NCBI GenBank assembly: GCA_964016885.1
Contig: OZ024752.1
Coordinates: 31,992,001-32,056,000 of the forward strand
Reading direction: 5' to 3'
Length of the DNA: 64,000 bases
Source: Eledone cirrhosa
Lineage: Eukaryota
Made by a program: the position numbers and the translations under genes. Shown in pieces: positions 54,253-64,000 of the stretch. The notes beneath the pieces were generated by a model. That model was not told the DNA's origin. It saw only the letters and a list, made by a program, of their open reading frames with translations, and did not search any database. Each line of letters begins with the position of its first letter. Within the stretch, counting starts at the first letter, position 1.

Positions 54253-54401
54253 ATAAATAAATTTCATCTATATTTCAATTTATGTTTCACTGATGGGAGT
54301 CGAAGTAACACGGAAAACACGATTTGTTTTCCGTTGTATAAATGTTATTCGGATATTTCGGCTTACTTTGTAATATATACTGTACATGTGGCGTCTAACA
54401 C

Positions 54402-54742
54402 AATTGTTTCTACTTTTGGCACAAGGCCAGTAATCACCCAATGCATTACTGGTACTTTATTTTATCGACCTCGTAAGGATGAAAGGCAAAGGTAACCTCG
54501 GCAGGATTTGAACTCAGATTGGAAAGAGCCGTAACTCTATGCCGCAAAGCATGGTGTCTGACGCTCTACCGATACTGCCAATCCCTGTTTTCTTCTTTTT
54601 AAACTTCTTTATAAATCTTCCATCTCAGCTTTTTGTGTGTTTTTATATTGTTTTTGTCTTCTTTTTATTTTGTGTTTCATTCATTTTCTTTTTGCATCAA
54701 AGCATGGCGTCCGACCCTCTACCGATACTACCAAGCCACCAC
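54402..54742 (-). mobile_element. SINE family A (54402-54584) plus head fragment (54695-54742)
   Basis: Match to the family. Confidence 0.8.
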
Positions 54743-55364
54743 CCTGAGTATCTAACAATGTTTGCAAGTATTTATCTTTCCACGTGTTAATCAACAGTAC
54801 TATAGATAACATTTAATTCTTAGCTTATTCGATTCAGTTTTAAGAAATCAATAAGAGGAAATACGAGACATTGAATAGTCATGTATAACATTTAAACTGG
54901 ATTTGGGGTTAAATTAAGTAACTTAGAGGAATATATTGAATTCCTTTATGTAAATCGAAGTATCAATACAATATTTGTAGAAGAGACAACTATTTGATTG
55001 GTTATTTCTGATGGAATCCATGAGGGAGGATACAAAGCTAAGTGGATTTTTTAATACAAACAGTAGTAAAGAAAGATGAAAAAATGTTGTAAGGGATTCA
55101 TTTAAACCAACGTTTTAATATTTCTGTCAACTGAAAAGAAATGACGGAAGGTTAGTCATTATAAGTCAATGAATTTATATTAATTACTATAATAGCCAGA
55201 GAGTAATTAATCAACGCAAATAATCATTAGATTATATTACACCACACAGAATAAATTAAATCTGCCATTTGTTAATATTTTAATCAGTCATTCGATAGCT
55301 TTAAAGAAGCAAAGTAGTAATTGTTAGCGTTAAAATTAATATCATGTGTGTTTCTTCTTATCCA

Positions 55365-56430
55365 CCGCTAACACAGAAGACTTCTCCTCATACACATAAC
55401 ACGGAGTACTCCCTATACACTGCTAACACGGAGTACTCCTCATGCACAGCTGGCATAGTACTCCTCATACACTGCTAACACGGAGTAATCCTTATACACT
55501 ACTAACACGGAGTACGCCTCATGCACAGTTGGCATAGTACTCCTCACACAGATAACACGGAGTACTCAGCTAACACAGAGTACTCCTCATGCACTACTAA
55601 CACGGAGTACACCTCATGCACAGCTGGCATAGTACTCCTCATACACAGATAACACGGCAAAGATAATACCGAGTACTCCTCATACACAGATAACACGGCA
55701 AAGATAACACCGAGTACTCCTCATACACAGATAATACGGCAAAGATAATACCGAGTACTCCTCATACACAGATAACACGGCAAAGATAACACCGAGTACT
55801 CCTCATACACAGATAACACGGCAAAGATAACACCGAGTACTCCTCATACACAGATAACACGGCAAAGATAACACCGAGTACTCCTCATACACAGATAACA
55901 CGGCAAAGATAACACCGAGTACTCCTCATACACAGATAACACGGCAAAGATAACACCGAGTACTCCTCATACACAGATAACACGGCAAAGATAACACCGA
56001 GTACTCCTCATACACAGATAACACGGCAAAGATAACACCGAGTACTCCTCATACACAGATAACACGGCAAAGATAACACCGAGTACTCCTCATACACAGA
56101 TAACACGGCAAAGATAACACCGAGTACTCCTCATACACAGATAATATGGAGTTCTTATACACAACTAGCACGGCACAACGAACACGGAGTACTCCTCATA
56201 CACAGCTAACATGGAGTACTCCTCCTCATACACAGCTAACGCAGAGTACTCCTTCTCATACAGAGCTAACTCGACTCAGCTAACATGAAGTTGTCATACA
56301 CAACTAACATGAACTTATACATAGCTAACATGAACTTCTTATACACAGCTAACATGAACTTCTTATACACAGCTAACATGAACTTCTTATACACAGCTAA
56401 CATGAACTTCTTATACACAGCTAACAAGCA
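55365..56430. repeat. Minisatellite complex: ~24-27 bp degenerate units, a homogeneous 41-bp array (55630-56145) and a 24-bp array (56300-56426)
   Basis: 41-bp unit agtactcctcatacacagataacacggcaaagataacaccg. Confidence 0.9.
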
Positions 56431-56695
56431 AGACTTCAATAACAGTCTAATGCAAACCAAGTAAAGTTTTCTGGGAATAATATCTTTCGCGCGCGCATAT
56501 TCGTTAGCATGCGTACATATTAATTGATTATAATCAGTTAATATGCACACATTCTAATACACACACACATTAACATACACGAATACATAGACATCATACA
56601 CACACATATACATATATATATATATAAACAATGAGTTAGAGACTTTGTTGATATGTAATCAACAGAGTTATGCATTTTATACATCTAATATTATA

Positions 56696-56751
56696 TTTTG
56701 TCTGAAGAAGGCACACTATAATTTAGTATCCCTGAAATATATATAACGAAA
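56696..56751 (+). ncRNA. Type I hammerhead motif (same family as 17946 and 57288)
   Basis: ttttgt-CTGAAGA-aggcacactataatttagtatccct-GAAA-tatata-TA-acgaaa. Confidence 0.6.
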
Positions 56752-56795
56752 TAAATAATGATGCTATAGTGATATGTCGTCCATTTATTATTATT

Positions 56796-56946
56796 ATGCT
56801 TTGATGCATAGAGTTACGGCCCTTGCCATTCTGAGTTCGAATCCCGCCGAGGTTAACTTTGCCTTTCATCGTTACGGGGTCGATAAAATAAAGTACCAGT
56901 AATGCACTGGGTAATTGCTGGCCTTGTGCCAAAAAGTAGAAACAAT

Positions 56947-56950
<4 letters not shown>
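56796..56950 (+). mobile_element. SINE family A, 5'-truncated
   Basis: Match to the family. Confidence 0.85.
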
Positions 56951-56995
<45 letters not shown>

Positions 56996-56997
<2 letters not shown>

Positions 56998-57483
56998 TCA
57001 ATATATTATTAAATGGAAACTATATTTATAAAACCATAATTATTTTATTATATATATTTCAAGGGCAACCAAGGCAAATTATGGCGCGCTTTCATCAGAT
57101 AAAATACAAATTTGTTTATTAATAAATTAATAAATATTGACATACCCGCATAAAGACAACCTTAACGGTTTAGGTTTACTATCCAGCGAACCTCAACCGT
57201 TAAGGTTGTCTTTATGCGGGTATGTCAATATTTATTTAAAAAACAAATTTGTATTTTATCAATATTTATTTATAAAACAAATCTGTATTTTATCTGATGA
57301 AAGCGCACGATAATTTGCCTTGGTTGCCCTTGAAATATATATAATAAAATAAATATGGTTTTAAAAATATAGTTTCCATTTATTAATATATTGAATATTT
57401 ACTCCACTAATTTGTTGAGTGCTTTATATCAGATATAAAATGTTTAAGCTTGTTGAATCCCAACAATTTAAAGATAACCCCTG

Positions 57484-57488
<5 letters not shown>
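56996..57488 (+). mobile_element. Fold-back PLE-like element with hammerheads at 57288-57349 (+) and 57043-57104 (-)
   Basis: Arms 56996-57177 and 57189-57395; internal ~35-bp duplication; tail to 57488. Confidence 0.85.
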
Positions 57489-57518
<30 letters not shown>

Positions 57519-57524
<6 letters not shown>

Positions 57525-58092
57525 TTAAGTCGTTTGGAAGCCTCGACAATGCAAATGGGTAAATCTCCGGGTAACAAGAACAAGGTCCGGTGGTGGAGAG
57601 AGAGATGTAAGTGGGTGTACGTTGAGATGCGTGGTGTGTATAAGATGTGTTAGATGTGTAGAATGAAGGGAAGAGTATAAAGGATAAAAATAAAAATAAC
57701 AACACAAGAGAGAGTTACCTTGGGAGAGATTTAATATTCAAAACAACAAACAGCGAAAGACGCGTTCCGGACTTGTCCGACAGACAACCTTTTCCCCCAC
57801 CCCGGAAAAAAACCCCAGTTGATGGATGTGAATCCGAAATATATAGGGACTATTAAATCTCTCCCAAGGTAACTCTCTCTTGTGTTGTTATTTTTATTCT
57901 TTATACTCTTCCCTTCATTCTACACATCTCACACATCTTATACAGACCACGCATCTCAACGTACACCCACTTACATCTCTCTCTCCACCACCGGACCTTG
58001 TTACCCGGAGATTTACCCATTTGCATTGTCGAGGCTTCCAAACGACTTAAAGATATTTACTTGTTCCACAATGCTTCAAGCAAACTTCAATA
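57519..58092 (+). mobile_element. Fold-back element, ~210-bp arms with a 113-bp loop holding a degenerate hammerhead (57813-57848)
   Basis: Arms 57519-57737 and 57851-58055; ccc-CAGTTGA-t-ggat-gtga-atcc-GAAA-tata-TA-ggg. Confidence 0.8.
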
Positions 58093-58098
58093 TATATA

Positions 58099-58259
58099 TG
58101 CAAAAGTTCTATTTAAAATTGTTGGGATACAACAAGTAAATATTTTATAACTGATATAAAGCACTCGACAAGTTTTTGGAGCAGATATACGATATTAAAT
58201 AAATGGAAACTATATTTATAAAACCATATTTATTTCATTATACATATTTCAGGGATACC

Positions 58260-58261
<2 letters not shown>
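58099..58261 (-). mobile_element. PLE-like tail truncated inside hammerhead stem II
   Basis: Nearly identical to 17812-17975. Confidence 0.75.
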
Positions 58262-58309
<48 letters not shown>

Positions 58310-58339
58310 ATTTATATATATATATATATTTATATATCC

Positions 58340-59170
58340 AACCTTTCATAAAAACAATGTGTGTTGAAGCTGTTAACCAAAACATCACAACTTACAAATA
58401 TAAAGTTATGTGTGACATTCCTGAAGCATCTTTTATTATAGGGCTTCTTTCTGTTTTCATTGTCCACATTCGGGTTGTTTCTATCTTCAGATCTTTACAT
58501 TTCGATAATTTCTCTGTGTCCTTAATCGATATACTATGGTCTTTCATACGCAAATCATAAAACAGTTTTTCTTTGAGCTCTTTGATTATAATACCTGGTT
58601 GGTTGGCTTTGATCTCCTTGTCTGTGCGTTTATTGGCATATCCAGGAATTTGGTTACTGTATCATTCTCTAACAAATGTTTTTGCAGCATATATTACCTT
58701 ACTCTATTAGTATTCCATAGAGTTCGTGTAACTTCCTATGCCTGTAAATTCCAATTCTATTATGTCAATGGAGATATTCTTTTTCGGCTACAGCTTGGCG
58801 ACGAGAAACAATATGGCTAATTGTATCGTTACCACAAAATTAACTGTGTTTTAATATTGGTCATGTAAGAGTTTTTTTCTTGCCATCATTTTAACATATT
58901 CTAATGATTTGTTTTCAATTTAGATTTTGTTTTTCACAAATTCTGTTGTTGTTGTTTTTTTTGTTTTGTTTTTTTCTTCTTTTTTTTCCTTTTCTTCAAC
59001 ATTTTCTGCCAATCGAACTTCAGCTTTGAATTTCTTGTCTTCCTTGAAGATACAAAACAATTGTTTGTTTTGCTCATATATATAATATTTGTATTAATTT
59101 GCCAGTATTTTTCATTAGATATTTTTTTAGTCCTACAGAGATTTCTAGTTGCCTAAGATGTCGACCTCTC
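58340..59170 (-). pseudogene. 3' remnant of an R4/Dong-clade non-LTR retrotransposon (zinc knuckle and restriction-like endonuclease)
   Basis: Minus-strand peptides SHIVS..AEKEYLH*HNRIG, LENDTVTKFLDMPI, TDKEIKANQPGIII, EKLSKCKDLKIETTRMWTMKT; adjacent (TAA)n tract at 59177-59203. Confidence 0.75.
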
Positions 59171-59206
59171 CGTGTCATTATTATTATTATTATTATTATT
59201 ATTAGT

Positions 59207-59630
59207 GTGGTGGATTGGCAGTATCGGTAGAGGGTCGAATACCATGCTTCGCAGCATAGAGTTACGGGCCTTTATGATCTGAGTTTAAATCCCCCCGAAG
59301 TTAACTTTGCCTTTCATCCTTAAGGGGTCGGTAAAATATAGTACCAGTCACGCCCTGGGGTCGATTTAATAGATTTTCCCCTCCCCCAAAATTGCTGGCC
59401 TTGTGTCCATATAAGAAATCATTATTATTATTATTATTATCATGGAATGGTAGTATCGGTAGAGGGTCGGACGCCATGCTTTGCAGCATAGAGTTACGCC
59501 CCTTTAAGATCTGAGTTCAAATCCCGCCGAAGTTAACTTTGCCTTTCACCCTTACGGGGTCGATAAAATAAAGTACCAGTAATGCACTGGGATAATTGCT
59601 GGCCCTGTGCCAGAAGTAGAAACAATTATT
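59207..59630 (+). mobile_element. Two SINE family A copies (59207-59420 long variant, 59443-59630)
   Basis: Match to the family. Confidence 0.85.
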
Positions 59631-59834
59631 ATCATTAATATTATTAAAATTTAGATGTTTTTATTCAAAATTTTGCCTGTTTAGGGATTTGTTACAGTTG
59701 AATTTTTTCTCGGGAGTTGTTAAGCAAACCAGATCCGAAAAAAGTTACATGGATTCTTTTGATAATCGCTCTTTGGGGCATAAATTCAAAGACTCGCTTT
59801 TGGATTTCCTTTTGTGAAAACAAAAAATATTAGA

Positions 59835-59940
59835 ATTTGGCGTCATCTTCTTCCCTCTCCCTCCGGAACACGGACATTCCCCGCCTCCTGCTGACGTCAC
59901 AACAACAAGTCAAAAAATATCAACCCTTCTATAAAAGCAT
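59835..59940 (+). promoter_or_regulatory. Candidate RNA polymerase II promoter
   Basis: ETS-like CCGGAA 59863, GC box ccccgcctcc 59879, perfect CRE TGACGTCA 59892, TATAAAAG 59930 clustered in non-repetitive sequence. Confidence 0.35.
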
Positions 59941-60617
59941 GAAAAACTCACAGCTAAGCCACCACCGCCGCCACCTTAACAAACTACATTATTAAAGATG
60001 GGCGTATGTCCATTAAGAAGAAAGTCAAAGATGTCTTCTTCACAGGTGAATATATCACACATTTCTACCATGAAGGCCAGCTAAAGTAACGCCAACGTCA
60101 CACCGCCACAAACACGTCAAAACGTCAAAAGTAACATAGGCAACAATATCAAAACACGCAGTGACAGAAACATCGACAGCAACACGAGTATGACTACCAC
60201 TGTGACCACCACTACCACCACCACCACCACCACGACCATGACCACCACCATGACCACCACTACCACCACAGCCATCACCACTATTATCCCCAACACCACT
60301 ACTACCACCAGCAGCACCGGCGCTGCCATATCAGTAAGTGAAATGTTAGCAGCACAGAAAAAAAAACTCCACAGTCACAACCACCAACAACAACAACAAC
60401 AGCAACAACAACAACAACCTCTCTTTGCTCTTCGTTCGTACTTTAATCCGGTAACTCCCGAGGAAGTTGTATAGGCGCCGCATTTCTACAGCACTTTTAA
60501 AACGTCGTCAAGCCTACCCCCTGTCCAAGTCTAAATACAGCGGATTTCTTCTAGAGAAAGATAGAGAGAGATGGAGAGAGATGGAGAGAAAAGAAGTGAA
60601 AAAGAGTTTGAGAGAAA

Positions 60618-60775
60618 GAATCAACCCAGTACTCCACTGGTACATTCTTTTATCGAACTCGAATGGATGAAAGGCAAAATTGACCTCGGTGGGATTTGAA
60701 CTCAGAGAGCCACAAATGAATGAATGTCACAAAGCGTTCTATCCGACGTGTTAACGACTGCCAATTCACCGCCGT
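60618..60775 (-). mobile_element. Diverged SINE family A
   Basis: gatgaaaggcaaaattgacctcggtgggatttgaactcag. Confidence 0.7.
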
Positions 60776-62143
60776 ATTTCCACACAGCCAATTCTTCAGC
60801 TTGAACTACGGGGGCTGCGTTATTAAAACTAAGGTGCATTTGTCTAAGGCATGAAGGAAGGAAAGCCGTTCGATAGGTCCGACTTGCTGGTAGAGGTGCA
60901 ATATGGCAACGATGTCACAATTCGTTCTTGGCCGATCACAATGAGTACGTGTTACTTGATTCCAAGAAGATGCGTGCGTCTTTTCCAGTGGCACGTCGTA
61001 ACCCAAGATGAATTCCAATGCCTAAATCAACAGCCTACTCCGACACTCAGCAATGGAAGGAGAGTGTTGTAAAAAGCAGATAACAGACACTGAAATACAA
61101 AAGGCGATGACTAACTGCATAAGGAGCAAATCGTCATGTTTGTGGGGGTGGGGGTCTTCTCTACAAGCTTTACGTTTATCAGCGACATCTTGGCAGATGT
61201 CTAACGCATTGCTGAGAAACGACCCGAACAAGAAATATCACTATCCCCCACCCACCCAAATTGTTGGCCTTGTGTTTAAATCAGAAACTATTATAAAACT
61301 AGAAATGTGAATAGTGAAATGGTTGATTAGTTTAACAGTATAGACTCTACTTTGTCAATCTATTTTAAAGATCGATAAAACAATGTAAATCTTAGTTAAC
61401 AGATCGTTGGCCAATCAATAAATTTAGATTGTTATGTTTGTAAACGAATCATGTAGGTCATTATTGAATCTTGTATCTACTAAAAAAAACCTGGATGGGG
61501 GTGGGGGATAAGAAGACAGTGTATACATTTGGTTTGCTTTGGGAGAATTATACTGAAATAAACGAAATACGTATATATTGCTGTTTGAAAAGCTTTTGCG
61601 ATGTTTATATTTAATAAGGTTTTTCATTAAAAAAAAACCTTGTTCTATCACAAACATCTTATCTATTTCTTCCTGAAAAGCTGCCAATGTTGTGATGTTT
61701 ATTTCAAGTTTCTTATTTTATTATTCTTTCCTTCAATAAGGCAGTGGATTGGCAATATCGATATATTGACTGATCTATAGCAGTTATAGAACTATACACT
61801 ATTAGACATAATATATAGGTTCGATCATACCGTCTTCTTAGGAAACAATATATATATATATATATATGCGTGTGTGTGTGCGTGTGCGTGTGCGTGTGCG
61901 TGTGTAAAAGGTAAACAGAAATAACAACACAATCGGTACAGTATATGGAAGGGATATATTAGGTTAACGATATATATATATAGTTTCAGAAGATCCCGTT
62001 AAGGGTGAAAGCAGCGATTTTTGCTTAAACCTTAATCTGTTATTTTAATAAATATTTGCTCTACGGTTTTTTTTTTAATATATATATATATATATATATT
62101 ATCCTTATCGAGCCCTCTTCGGATTTTAGTCTTCACATTTATT

Positions 62144-62341
62144 GTGGATTGGCGGTATCGGTAGAGGGTCGGGTGTCATGCTTTGCAGCATGGAGTTACA
62201 GCTCTTTATGATCTGAGTTCAAATCCTGCCGAGGTTAACTTTGCCTTTCATTCTTACGGGGACGATAAAATAAGCTACCAGTAACGCACCGGGGTCGATT
62301 TAATCGACTTTCCCCCTCGCCCAAAATTGCTGGCCTTGTGC
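62144..62341 (+). mobile_element. SINE family A, long variant
   Basis: Match including the ggggtcgatttaatcgac segment. Confidence 0.8.
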
Positions 62342-62740
62342 GACCATTATTCTTTCCTCCATTTTGTAAAGTATTTCTGCTTTTGTTTACTACATTTTGG
62401 CTTGACACGTAGTTATACTCTTGAATTTTCATAACAGATCCTGAAAAAAACATTTTCTATAATTCCCATGTGGACTGTATATTACATTATGTAGTCTTCT
62501 CCCTAGCTTCCTAAGTTTAGCGTATTGAATATTACTGACAGCTTTCTAGTGCACGTCTTTATATTATGGAGTCCGTTTTTAGTTTATTGAAAGAATACTG
62601 ATATGGCCGCCGTATTGTTATTTTAACGATATTCCTTCCACTTAGTTCTGTTTCTAAGATCCTCGGATATTGTTATATTCCTTACAATGTTATTTCCCGT
62701 TTTCTTCTTTTGCCTTATTATTCTATAACATGGCCGCAGA

Positions 62741-62741
<1 letters not shown>

Positions 62742-62790
<49 letters not shown>

Positions 62791-63165
62791 TATATACACA
62801 TATGTATGTATGTATATATATATATATACATTGTACATGACCGTATGTACAATATATATATATGCATACATACATATATGCATATATACTTATATATATA
62901 TATACATACACACGTACATACATATATATATGCATACATATATATGCATACATACATATATATGCATACATACATATATATATATGCATACATACATATA
63001 TATATATGCATACATATATATATATATGCATACATACATATATATATATGCATACATATATATATATATGCATACATATATATATATATGCATACATACA
63101 TATATATATATGCATAAATACATATATATATATGCATAAATACATATATATATATGCATAAATAC

Positions 63166-63218
<53 letters not shown>

Positions 63219-63471
63219 CATACATACATACATATATATACATACATACATACATACACATACATACATACATACATACATACACATACATACATACATA
63301 CATATATATACATACATACATACATATATATACATACATACATACATACACATACATACATACATACATACATATACATACATACATACATATACATACA
63401 TACATACATACGCATACATACATATATGCATACATACTTACATACATACATATATACATATATATACATAC

Positions 63472-63510
<39 letters not shown>

Positions 63511-63578
63511 CATATATATACATATATATATATATACATATATATATACATATATATATACATATATATACATACATA
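62742..63578. repeat. Compound TA/TACA/TGCA microsatellite
   Basis: Direct reading. Confidence 0.9.
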
Positions 63579-64000
63579 TGGTGGCTGCCAACTCGTTTTC
63601 GAGTACGGCCACTACTTTATATCCATGTAGGAGAACCCCTACTGATGCGCTAAACAAGTGTGACTTTTTAGTCCAGCCAACGACTTGAAAACTCTGGTAC
63701 AAACACTACACCTGTGACAATTATTGACACATAGTGCTGGGCCCATGGTACCATGTGACGACAAGTGCAGAGAGATCTCCAGATATAAAGCAATGCCTGT
63801 GCCGTGAAGCTTTTATAGTGAGCAAAGGCACTGCACAAAGCCAGTCCCACTCTCTTAACCAAGATGATATTTACCAAAAAGAATAACAAGTCAACATCAT
63901 TGGATACCATCAGGGTTGCAGGCGTTATATCAGAGTTTTCCTTCTCCTAGAATTCTGCCTTGACAAAGGCTAAGGGGTCATCTCTCCCGGTGATTTTGGA
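63578..64000 (-). mobile_element. Bipartite RTE-dependent non-autonomous element (continues past the window end)
   Basis: Reverse complement closely matches 36062-36485. Confidence 0.85.

Noticed and set aside
53467-54267. ORFs (GSRPANL)n, (LALSLNL)n and (FAGLEPK)n
   Set aside because: Translations of a SINE-derived 21-bp repeat
58980-59050. Host exon EDKKFKAEVRLAENVEEKEK on the minus strand
   Set aside because: Better explained as part of the R4/Dong remnant

Overview
AT-rich, microsatellite-dense eukaryotic DNA, not prokaryotic. The tRNA-derived SINE families and repeat landscape point to an octopus (coleoid cephalopod) genome; this is an inference. No host protein-coding gene can be supported with confidence, and almost all listed ORFs are artefacts of simple repeats. 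The window holds one near-complete, frameshifted RTE-type LINE (APE, RT, three C2H2 fingers; 38.2-42.1 kb) and a bipartite non-autonomous partner of it. It also holds remnants of R4/Dong- and CRE-type retrotransposons, about 25 copies of SINE family A, a CORE-like SINE family B with swapped tails, mariner-like MITEs and several minisatellite arrays (51, 41, 30 and 21 bp units). The most striking signal is a dozen or more fold-back insertions from several unrelated sequence families, embedded in (TA)n tracts. Many carry recognisable type I hammerhead ribozyme motifs, including non-canonical cores. All follow one rule: hairpin apex at the 5' truncation point, long arm running to the element 3' end, short arm ending at an internal TA-rich site joined to (TA)n. 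This fits non-autonomous Penelope-like or retrozyme-type insertions. All coordinates were read by eye and are approximate to a few bases.
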